Positions 41,084 to 53,774 of a DNA stretch of 64,000 bases are shown here, piece after piece. Every line of letters begins with the position of its first letter. Position 1 is the stretch's first letter. This DNA comes from Auanema rhodensis (taxonomy: Eukaryota > Animalia > Nematoda), in the NCBI GenBank assembly GCA_964057225.1, contig OZ059899.1, positions 7,750,001-7,814,000 on the forward strand, in the 5' to 3' direction. The translations under genes and the position numbers were made by a program. The notes beneath the pieces are model-generated. The model was not told the DNA's origin. It saw only the letters and a list, made by a program, of their open reading frames with translations, and searched no databases.

Positions 41084-44069
41084 ATGGAAGATAAGCGAGG
41101 AAAGAAACATTGAATACAAAGTATTCTTTACAATTTGTTTTAGGGACCTCTGGCAAGACTGTATGCTGTTTAGCTAATTTTGTTCCCATTCATAGCAATG
41201 GAGATATATCTGAACTAATATATCAATATCACATTAGTTTTAATCCTGAAGTCGATAGCAGAAAATATCGGATGGATATTTTACGACAGGAAGTATTTCG
41301 GGAACATATAAAAGATGATTTCATATTCGACGGAATGATTCTTTACATGCCTAGAAAGAATAATAGAGAAGTGTGTTAGTTTTTTTTGTGAAAGTCAGGA
41401 ATAGCTTTCTAGGTTATTATCGAGGCTACTCATCCTGAAACGGGTTGCAACTTAGCCGTGAAAATTAAACCTAACGTTGTTTTCGCCAGGGATAGTCCTC
41501 AAGCTGTAACAAGCTATAATATTATTATGAGAAGGTTTATCATTCTTATCTCTTGGCTTATTTCAAGATGTGTGTCTTCAGATGTCTTGAGTTGGTTGGT
41601 TTCAAGCAACTATGCCGACATTATTATAATCCTGCTCAAGCTACAAAAGTTGTAAATTATGATTTGGAGGTGTGGTCAGGGTATGAAACAGCAATTCGGC
41701 AGTATGAAAACAATATGATGTTATGCATAGAAAATAGGTTTAAAGTTTTGCGAACTAAAACTTTTCTCGAAATTGTGAGTTATACAAGTAGTATTCTTTT
41801 AAATCGACTATCGCTTTCAGCTAGAGGAAGAGAGATTAACTTGTGATAATCGTGAACAATACGAAATGAAAATTGAAGAAAAATATTGCGGTCAAACCGT
41901 TGTGACTTAGTATGCTGAGCCTATTTTTCCGTTTGAAAACTAAAATTTAGCTATAATAATCGAATGAGGAAAATCAGTTCAATCGATTGGGATTTAACTC
42001 CTTTAACAGAGTTCCGACAGAACGAAGGGACGAAGATAACATTGAAAGATTATTATGAACAGCAATATGGTAGACGAATTAGTAACCTCAATCAGCCTAT
42101 TATTGTAATTTGTGAAAAATAATCAAGATTTACTTTGATGTCATTTTAGATTTGTGAAGGAAAACCTGCTCAGCCCAATCAGGAACCGCAGAAAACTTAC
42201 TTGATTCCAGAGCTGTGTCAACCAACAGGAATTACTGATGAAATGCTTAAGGATCGACGAATTATGCGAGCTTTGGCAGTTCACATGCGGCTTGATCCAA
42301 CTGCTCGTGTTAAAAACGCACTCCATCTTATAAAGTTAATCAAAAACGATTCACGGTGCATGAATCTTCTCACCAGCTGGAAAATGGAGTTAAGCGACTC
42401 TTTAGTGGAAATTCCTGCTCGAATTCTTCCGGCAGAGAAGGTTTATCGAATAATGCTTATCAATCACATTTTAATTTTCAGATTATTACTGCTACTAATG
42501 CAGGTTATACAGATTTGAATGTTGAATGGTCCAGAAGAATGAAAAGGGAAGGATGTCTTAGAGCTGTTGATTTGGACAGATGGGTCGTTGTTTGCCCTGA
42601 GTCAAATGAGAAAGTAGTTTTGGCACAAAAATTCATAGGTAAAAAGAGCTTTAAAAATTTCATTTGTCTTTTCTTTAAAGAAAATATCAAGAGGCTTTCT
42701 AAAGAAATGGGGATTGAAGTTAGAAAACCTTGGTGTGTCCCGGTAGCTGGTGTCTCCACCAATCACTATCTCTCCGCTATTGATAGAGTTGTTTCAACGG
42801 TATTTTCATTAAAGTATGTAATGGGATTGTGTTAAAGACTTACAGTGTGAGCAAGATGATACAGAAATTCAAATAATTGTTGTACTTCTTGCTTCTGAAG
42901 CTAAAACAACTTATGATGCCGTTAAGAAGTATTTGAGTGTGGAAAATGCAGGTGGGAATTTATCACATACTCTTGTACTGTTTTTTGTTTAAAGTTCCAT
43001 CTCAAATTGTTTTACTAAACACATTGTCTGGAAAATCGAATTCCCCCGGTGACAATAAAAACTTTTCATCGATAGTTTTGAAAATTTTCCAACAAATGAT
43101 TTGTAAAGTTGGAGGCGCATTATGGAAAGTTAACATACCTGTAAGTATTGGATTTCGTTTGCTAATGCATTATCACATTTCAGCTGAAAAATTCAATTTT
43201 ACTTGGTTATGATCTCTATCACGACTCTTCTTTGAAAGGCAAGACCATTGGAGCCTGTGTTTCTACTGTTGACGAACATTTCACTGAATTTTATTCTCAA
43301 ACAGCTCCACATGAAAATTTCACCCAACTGGGATATAATCTGGTCAATTTTGTTAGAAGTAAGCTAGAAATGTTTTTTTAATAATTATGGTTTCTGTAAA
43401 TGCCAGAAGCTGTACACGCTTACTACTTGAAGAATGATAAACAGCTGCCGAGCAGATTATTTTTATACCGCGACGGTGTAGGCGATGGCCAAGTTCCTTT
43501 GGTTAAAAAAGAAGAGGTTTTAGTGGCTTTCAATTTATTCTAATTTATTAATTTATCTAGATTGACGCTGTTGTACATGAATTGCAACGAATTTGTATGG
43601 CTGTTGATCACCCTGAAGATTTCATCAAACTGGCATTCTATATTGTCACTAAAAAAGTAAATATGCGCTTTTACAAACTAGGAAGTGAATCGTATAAATT
43701 TGTTAATCCTGAACCTGGAACTGTTGTCGATTCTGAAGTTACAAGACCTGACAGACGTGATTTTTATCTAGTACCTCAATTTGTTAATCAAGGCACAGTA
43801 ACTCCTGTATACTATAATCTGCTGCATGATACCACTGGGCTCTCCACTGACAAGCATGAATTGGTATGTATTTCAGTAAATCAACGTAATATAATTTAAT
43901 ACCATTTTTGTAGCTTTCTTACAAATTGTGCCATTTGTATTATAACTGGCAAGGAACTGTTAGAGTTCCTGCTCCTTGTCAATACGCTCACAAGTTGGCA
44001 TTCTTCGTTGCTCAATCTCTTCACAGGGGAGCTCATAATCATCTAAACAATCGTCTTTATTTCCTGTAA
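41084..44069 (+). CDS. prg-1: PIWI-clade Argonaute, PRG-1-like (start exon uncertain)
   Basis: [21 protein letters not shown]; [23 protein letters not shown]; [74 protein letters not shown]-stop. All internal exons are in frame. Confidence 0.92.
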
Positions 44070-44623
44070 TATTTTCAAAAGTTTGTATGTATAATTTTTG
44101 TTTTTTTGTCGTTTTTAAGAGTTCATATTCCAGATAGATTTCTATCTTTATTTTATATCGTTTGTGAATACAATGGTTTATCTGTTTGAAAAAGAAAAAA
44201 TATCTGTAAGAAAAAAGTTCTTTTATTTTTGGTCCTTACTACAAAAATTACTGCAAAGCTATGTTAGAATGTTGCGAATTGTTCCAAAGATTGATTCAAT
44301 ACCCATTTTTTACAAAAATCATTTCCAGAATAAAAACACGCATTAACAAGAAAAGTATTAAATATATTAAAAGTAGTTTTTATATAAGATAGTAATTTAA
44401 AACATATGTTTGACATCCTAGTGTACGTTCACAGCACCTTTATAGTAACAATTGGTTTTATGAGAAACTATAGCTATGGAGTACGCAGGGTAGATAGTAC
44501 TATACGCATCTTCCATTTTTCTTAAAACGACAATGGCTGAAGTTTGTGTTTTTTTCTTAATTGTAGCTTAACTAAGCTTTTGCTTGAATTTTTATTTGTT
44601 TTTTTGAAAACTCTCACTTACAG

Positions 44624-45688
<1,065 letters not shown>

Positions 45689-45824
45689 AAATTTGATTTT
45701 ATTGTTAGAGTAGTGGAGTTTTTAAAAGTAAAGATTAAATATGATTTCCAATATTTCAATTTTTTGTCAATTCAACTTGATATTTTTAAAAATGTAGTAG
45801 CATACTGATCTGTGCCTCTAGACA

Positions 45825-47598
45825 ATGAAAGTAGTATTACTGTTCTCGCAAGTGTTTCTGGATTTCCGTTTAGCTGAACTAAGGGGAATCATTAAAGCAT
45901 TGAATCTGTCTTTCCCAATTGATAAAATCAGTACACAGGTACTATAACGAGCTAAATTCTTTTCCCCTTCGCCTATTCAGGAACATATATTCGTCATAGA
46001 TCTGGATGATATTTCTGCTGTTGAATCTATATTATCTCGAGCTATGTTACTCAAATCAGCGTATGAATTATTTTATACATCAGATTCCTATGAAAATCTG
46101 AATGAGCTATTACTCTCAAATCAGAATGACTTTAAGGTATTTATATTAAATTTTGATACGTGTACGCAGTAATGCTTTGCTCTTAAAGAAATATGACAAA
46201 GAAGAACAGTCATTTTCTGTTAAAGTTAGACCTGTTGGTCGTAAACGGGGGTTAGAATGCGGTTCTGCTATTGAGGTATCCTGGAACATTTTGAATAAAG
46301 AATCACTAATAAGTTTTGCAGAAAATATGTGAAGCTATAAATCTTGAAAAGGCACCAGTATCTTTGCATGACCCTCTTAATGCTTTCGTTCTGTTGGAGG
46401 AATATGAGAGTGAGAAAAGCACTGCTCCTTCTCGAATTTTTTTCTCTAAATTGGTAGTTTAGTTCAATTCAAATTTTAAGATGATAATGGCATAGATAGG
46501 TCATGGACAGTTTCGTTTGAAAAATGAATATAATCTCAGAGATCGATGTTACATAGGAAATACAACAATGGATCCGGAGTTGGCATTCATTCAGGTTTAT
46601 CTTACCCCACTTTTACTTAATGTTATTTTTTATTTGTTTTCATCATATTCATTTAGGCCAATATTACCGCTATTCGGAATCGAAGCATAATTTTGGATCC
46701 ATTTGTGGGCACCGGAGGACTCATTCTATCTGCCGCAAAGTTTGGAGCTTTTGTTATGGGGACTGAGATAAACTATCAAGTAGCTAAAGGATTAGGTATG
46801 TGAGTATTTGAAACAATTTTTATTTCCGTATTCAGGAAAGTCATCTCGGCAAGGTGTCAAATATCTTACCGATAAAGAAAGTATAGCAGCCAATTTTGAT
46901 CAGTATGGTACCACATCCAATCTTTTGAGTATTATTATTGCTGATGCAAGTCAACATGGTGTATGGAGAGATTTTCCAATCCTGGATGGAATTATTTCAG
47001 ATCGTAAGTGAATATTCAGTTTGGGTTTATTTTTGTTTTTTTTTTAGCTCCATATGGGATTCGTGAAAAGGGGAGAAAAATTGGAAAAAAAGAAAGAAAG
47101 GAACACTGGACCTTACCAAGCGCAGAACAGTTAGTTTTTTATATCATTTGTATCTTCTGTATATTTAATTCTTGTAGTCTTGTGAGTTTCCCAGAAAAAC
47201 AGAAATATTCCATTGAGGCAACTTTCACTGATTTGTGCGATATCAGTGCTTCAACTTTACGGATTGGATCTCGAGTTTCATTTTGGTTTCCTGTTATTCT
47301 CGAAAGGTAGTACTTTCTACTCCCTTCATTATACTTTTCTGGTTATTTTTAGTTATTCTGAAAAATGCCTACCTTTTCACCCTGCTTTGAAATTAGTTGA
47401 GAATTGTGAACAAACTCTTACACGTAAAACTAGCAGGTAATGTTTTCTGTTTTTTTGGTACTGTTAAACTTTTTTTTCAGGAGATTGTTGACATATGAGA
47501 AAATCAGAGAACCTCAGGCTGGGGAAAAAACTACCACTGTTGAAAATATATTTGAAAAAGGAACTTTTAGAGATGCTATATTTGTTGGCAATAATTAA
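45825..47598 (+). CDS. TRMT11: tRNA (guanine-10-N2)-methyltransferase TRMT11
   Basis: FSQVFLDFRLAEL; YNLRDRCYIGNTTMDPELAFIQAN; ILDPFVGTGG; ISD|PPYGIRE; CEQTL..SRRLLTYEK. Confidence 0.92.
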
Positions 47599-47773
47599 AG
47601 ATTGTTCAATGTTTTTGTTTAATTGTTGTTATATTATTATTACTTGTTGCATATTTTATCACGTTCATGGTTAATAAAAAATAAATAGTATTGTTGTTCA
47701 TTTATATTTGAGTTGTACTTCTCTCATATATGATTTAAGTTTTTGAGGTTTTGAGACATAATATTTTTTTAGG

Positions 47774-48433
47774 ATGGGCATTGATCGATTAGATAATGCT
47801 GCCCCTACGGTATTTGAACGAGCTGTCAATGATCGGAAGGATAAAGATATGGAAATGTGTGTATGTGATCTTATTACAATTTTTGACATTATTATTGCAG
47901 GAATGAGTCCCATGAAGATTTAATAGATGCTTTAGAAGTGTTCGAACTTATTCGTGATATTAATGATCCTGAACATCCTTATACTCTCGAGCAGTTAAAT
48001 GTTGTACAAAAAGAATTAATAACAGTTTTTAATGAACCCAAATATACATTAGTTGATGTGAGTGGTGTATGTAATGAAGTTTTAAAATTCCGAATTTCAG
48101 GTTAAATTTACACCAACAATCCCACATTGTTCCATGGCTACCTTAATTGGTTTGGCCATTCGTGTACTGTTATCTAGGACACTTCACTCATCTGTTAAAG
48201 TAAGATTGTTTTTATTAGGTAAAGTTAAACTTACTTATTAGATTTTGGTTTCAATTACACCTGGCGCTCATAATACTGAGGATGCTATAAACAGACAACT
48301 CCGAGATAAGGTATTGTAAACTGAAGAGCCTAAGGTAACGAAACTTGTATTGTAGGAGAGAGTTGCTGCAGCTATGGAAAACCCTGAGTTAATGAGAGCT
48401 GTGAATAAATGTTTGGAACCACCAAGAGGATAA
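47774..48433 (+). CDS. CIAO2B: Cytosolic Fe-S assembly component CIAO2B/MIP18/FAM96B
   Basis: LDNAAP; [24 protein letters not shown]; [16 protein letters not shown]; [26 protein letters not shown]. Confidence 0.93.
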
Positions 48434-48574
48434 TAGATCGTATTTAATTTAGTTTCTGCGTCATAGTTTCACATATCAATACAGATTTTAATGCTTTCAT
48501 TCTTATGTCTTTATTCGTTTTTTCGAAATTCTTTCTGTTTTAACGATGCTTGTGTAGTTTTAAGTATTTTTCAG

Positions 48575-49431
48575 ATGACAACTTCATATATATCTCAGAA
48601 ACTTTTTTCTAGTAACCGTAGGAATGTTGAAAAGTAAGTTTGTAATTTATTAATTCATGAATAAATCTCAGATATTTGCAGAGACAAATGAATGATCCTT
48701 TTGCTTCAAGAGCTCGTGAACATTCATATAGAGCAAGAAGTGCGTTCAAACTTATGGAAATTGATGATAAATTTCGTTTCCTCAAACCAGGTTGATTTGT
48801 CAGTTTATTTTTTTACGTATCTCTGTGATTTAGGAATTTGTGTTGTAGACGTGGGATGTGCTCCTGGAAGTTGGTCTCAAGTGGTAGCAGAAAGATGCCA
48901 TTTAAATGTTCCAACTTCCTCTAAAGAGTCATATCTGCTAGGCTTAGACTTGCAGGTGTGCAAATCATTTGAGAAATTTTATTTCGTGCTTCTTAGATGG
49001 TGTTACCGATACCTGGAGCCGATATCATGTCGTTGAGTGATGTTACAAATACTGACGTTCAAGAGGAAATGAAAAAACGCTTGAATGGTCGAACAGTTAA
49101 AGTTGTTCTTAGCGATATGGCTCCGAATCCAACAGGTGATTTGTTTCTATGTATCTATTATATAAATGTTTTTAATTTAGGAGATTCAGTAACAGATCAT
49201 ATGCGCCTGATAAATCTATGTAGGATGGCTTTTTCCTTGTTCTACAATCCAACTAACTCAAATCCGACTGTAAAATTGGCCAGAGATGGTATATATCTTT
49301 GTAAAATATGGGATGGACCGTTTAGAAAAGAATTTATTGAAGAACTTTCTCAAAGATTTAAAACTGTGAAAACTATAAAACCGATAGCTTGTCGAGATAG
49401 TAGTGCAGAGTTATATTTATATTGCAAATAA
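48575..49431 (+). CDS. MRM2: Mitochondrial rRNA 2'-O-methyltransferase MRM2 (FtsJ/RrmJ family)
   Basis: RQMNDPF..YRARSAFKLMEIDDK; VDVGCAPGSWSQ; VVLSDMAPNPTG; LCKIWDG; KPIACRDSSAELY (K-D-K-E tetrad present). Confidence 0.92.
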
Positions 49432-49563
49432 AGTTAGATAATCTTCATTACTTGTCTACGAAATATGGTTTATGGCCAACAGTAGTTTAATATCTTTAGC
49501 AACAATTATTGTTATTCATCAATTAGAAATTCAATTTTCAGGCTTAGAATAATTTATTCAAAT

Positions 49564-50143
49564 ATGCCGTTAAAACATGCTATTAAGGTAAAATACTTTA
49601 CTTATTTCGATTGTAAATGTCTCATTTTAGGTTGTTCTCGCTGTTGGTGAAGCCTTTGGCAAAGCTCTTGGTAGAGCAGTAAAAGAAGAGATCAAACGTT
49701 GACTTTATTTCAAATATATTTGTGATTTTTTTTATTTTAGAGAGCCAGCAAGCTGCTCAGCGAGTTGCAAGTAGCACCGGACAATCTGGTAGCGAAACGC
49801 GTGAAAATGCTACAAGCAATGCTAAGTTGGGAATTACTTTAGAGGTTTTTTTCTGTACTATTTTATTGTGTACTATTATTTTTAATTTGAGGAATCTTTA
49901 CAAATTTTGAACATTAAAACACCTTTGAATGTTGAAGAGGTGGAGAAGAATTATGAACATCTTTTCAAAATTAACGAAAAGGCCAATGGAGGAACTTTAT
50001 ATATTCAATCCAAGGTTTATTGTAAACCTACTGCAATCAAAGAATTTATTTTTCAGGTTTACCGAGCAAAAGAAAGAATAGATGAAGAAATAAAACGATT
50101 GGATGGTGCCAAGAGTATAAATGCAGAGTCTAAATCAGAATAG
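49564..50143 (+). CDS. tim-16: Mitochondrial import motor subunit PAM16/TIM16
   Basis: [15 protein letters not shown]; GITLE|ESLQILNI; [21 protein letters not shown]|VYRAKERID. Confidence 0.93.
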
Positions 50144-50303
50144 ATACGAGGAGACTTTAAACATTTAGCTATAGATTTTTGTTCAAAAGTTGTTATATTT
50201 TTGGTTTGTTCGTATCGTATAAACCAGAAAATTTTTTTCAAATTTTTTTTTAATAATAGGCTATACAAACAAAAATATTTCCATTTTGAGGTAAAGACGT
50301 CAA

Positions 50304-50950
50304 TTACCCAATCGGTGTAAAAGTACAACTAAACGTTTTAACCTCGTCACTTAAGGGTAGAAAACGATCTGGCACCCATTGCTTATTCGTATTGCAGTAA
50401 ATTTCTTTTTTTGCTATGCCTGTTACTGATGGAAACATCGCTAAGCCCCCATTAATCTATAAATTGATTTCATTATATCATATAACATAGTGCCAACCTG
50501 TAAAATCATAAGTCCTAATTGATTGTTCTTTGGTAAACATGTTAACATCATGGCACTACAACCGTCACTAGTATACACTATAGGACTGAAATAATAGAAA
50601 TAAACGTGATTAAGTATAAGAAGAATAACCCTTTACTTCCAACTCCTTGTGTGCTTCCAATTGACATTGATTTATCAACTACCACAGAAGATGGTTTACA
50701 TTGATTACAAACTGCATGAAATAGATATTAAAAAACAAAAATATAAAATTACGTGGTAGTTTCTTTGCAGGTGCATCTGTAAAAAATCCAAATATAATAA
50801 ATACTCAAAAGGATTCAATTTCAGACAAATTGTATATTTACCTGATTTTGATCCTGTTAAAAAGTGATCGTTAGGTGTTTTTGTAGGAACGCATGAATAT
50901 ACTGGATAGATAAAGATTAAAACTAATAATGAACAAATCGCGTTGATCAT
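50304..50950 (-). CDS. Small secreted nematode C6-domain-like protein
   Basis: Signal MINAICSLLVLIFIYPVYS-CVPT, followed by six Cys: CNQC..DGCSAMMLTC..IYCNTNKQW..FSC. Confidence 0.7.
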
Positions 50951-53382
50951 ATCTTGTGTAACACTAAGAATATACCAAACTCTTGTTTAACGATAGTTCA
51001 TTAGATGCCTAAAAAATTGAACTTTTTTTCTTTAGAAAAAATATGTTTGCGTAATTTTTCTAATTCAATAAAAATGGCGGAAAAAAGAAGTAATTATGAA
51101 ATACTATATATATCTAGAAGCATTACCTAATAATTTCGAAGAGGAAATTGTATTATTCCTTATTTTATTTTGTAGTAGGTCAGTTCTATTAGGAAACTGA
51201 ACTAGAGTAGGTCATGGTAATGAATATTATGCTACAACTATCACGCAATACTGATTTTGTTTGTGTTACCAATAACTGTTAAGATAAAGCGTATTTATCA
51301 ATTTTAATTAATATTAGATATCAGTTTAATTTGGGAAACCTTTCCCTAACTAAATTTCGGGTATCTATACACATTATAGAAAGTAGTACATCTTTGCAAA
51401 AATCTTCAATTGCATATTTATAAATTATAAATTAACGAATGAAAATGAAGAAAGGAATAAAGAGATGCTTGACTTTGATAATAAATTGGGATAAAATTGA
51501 ACATTTTATCAGAACATATCTTCTATAGATGATAAAAGTTAAACTACGTAATGTCGATTTAAAACTCCATTACACATATCGTATACACCATAACATCATA
51601 ACTATTTGATAAAAATTTATTTAAATAATTTTCAATCTTTGTAATTGATTGCTATACCTGAGATGAGAAAATTGTTAACTAAACTGACGAGAAATAGTGA
51701 AGCCAAATTAAGCAGCTGAGAATTTTCACAAAATGTATATGATAAACACTGGACTTCCGTTGTCCTCACAATTTTAAGCATAAATTCCATACATATATAC
51801 ATGTTATTTAATCGAATATTTGAAGTATCCAAGTGAGGTTGTGCATATGCTGTAAACGATGTCTGTTTCGGATGATAGTACTGAAATTTAGATGCTATAG
51901 ATTTTCGAAAGGCAAACATAAAAAGAAGCCAGAAGAGCTATCGAGAAAACTGAACAAGGTTTTTTTTCAAAATAACAGAAAAGTGAGAATATATGTTTCT
52001 GTCTCCTACTGCTTACAGTTATCTACACACATATATATATATATATATATTTATTTTAAATTGATATCTATTTTTTTGTTTTACATATATTTATTCAAAT
52101 AAATCGAAGAAATGAGAGATAACCTTTGTTCTATTGGATTACATATCAAATACGAAAATTGTAGTTAAATATTTTTTAATGCTACCCTCCATCCAATTCT
52201 TCTTGCAGAATGTGAGGTCTCAAGCTTTTCTAATGAAAATATCATGTTCTACTTTTAAAAATTTCAAAATATTTTATTTTTCTCAAAATTTCTACAGTCT
52301 TTAATTTAAAAAAAAAATGACAAGTATTCATTTCAGCAAGATTTTTTGAGGAAAGATGCTAATTCAATTTAATGGCTTTGTTGACGATTAATTCTCTTTA
52401 TATGGCTATCGTTCAACCAACTTTCTGGCCTTATTCTGCTGAATCGAATGTTTAAATTGAAACATTTCTTAAAGATTCTTTTCGCATTTCTTCATTGTCT
52501 CGCTAAATTCTTTTTAACAAATGAAATGCGCTACGCTTTAACCATAATCTTAGTCACAACCATTTTGTAGCTCAACCGAGGTGTGGCCTTTTAACAAACA
52601 AGTTCTCATAAATTATTAAAAGATAGATAAGTTTTGAGGACAAAGGAATTGATCGTTGATGTTGATGAAATCTAAGAAGCTATGCCGGCTTTTGTCTGTC
52701 CAGTAAGATATTACTTATTTTACATACTATATCTATATGAGTTCTAAGAACTTTATCTCAATTACAATTTCATTGAAAATACTTTGGTGTGGAATTTGTA
52801 AGCCGATAACAAACAAAAGTTTTCACTTGCTCACTGTTCAGCAAACTGATTTGAAAGACATAAGATTCAAATTCCGTCAGAATGCAGTATTCCATCTAGC
52901 ATGCTGTGGAATCCGAATTATTTCTTTAATTCTTCGCTCTCGAAATTTGGTAATTTTACTTTGCTTAATTATTCTACTTTTCTTAAACTTCGTTCCACCT
53001 CTTTCTTTTTTCTCACTCTTGTCAAACGTCATTTCATTCATATCACAAGATCAACAGGCAAGTTGGATATTTTACATTTTTATATTAAAATATAAGTATA
53101 TCTATCTATTTCTATATATATATATATTGTATCAATAAATTATCTTACAATGACACATAAATGTTTAAAATGTTACATAATTATATTTACATTTTTCTTT
53201 TTATCAGGAGTATTGTGTTTATGACTCATTTTTTACTCTTAGTTCTTCTTTAAATTATAATTCTATTGTTTGAACTTTAAAGTGTGTTTGTCCGTATGAA
53301 ACCTCAATTAAAATTTCTCAATTTCTAGACACATAACCAGAGATATCAAATAAGATAAGTATTGCACAAATTGAACCTAAAA

Positions 53383-53774
53383 ATGGAAAACAATCAGTCT
53401 GAGCTTCATTGTTCGGAAAAGTAAGTTATATTTTAAAGTTTTAATCACGTGTAATTATGGTGTACACCATTTAAAAAATTCACACGATATCTTAATAACG
53501 AACTTCGCCATATGTTTTGTTCGCTTCCCAATTAAAATTTTCATATCGATGTTGTTATGTCAACATATTCTTTATATAACAATCTTTTTTCCTTCTCTTT
53601 TCTCTTCTTCTTGTAGAGAGAAAAAGCCATTAACTAACATTGATTTAGCTATTGCTTTTGTTTAAATTAAAAAAAAAACTGCAGGATGACTATTCAACCA
53701 TTGCGAAAATTAGTAGCACCAATAATCGACGGTCTGATTGAGCAAGTGGACATATTTCGACGTCTTTCTATCGG
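53383..53774 (+). CDS. Putative 5' coding exons (53383-53420, 53685-53774) of a gene continuing beyond the window
   Basis: AAAAATG start, GTAAGT donor and CAG acceptor give MENNQSELHCSEK|MTIQPLRKLVAPIIDGLIEQVDIFRRLSIG, ending at a phase-2 donor GTGCGT. Confidence 0.45.
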
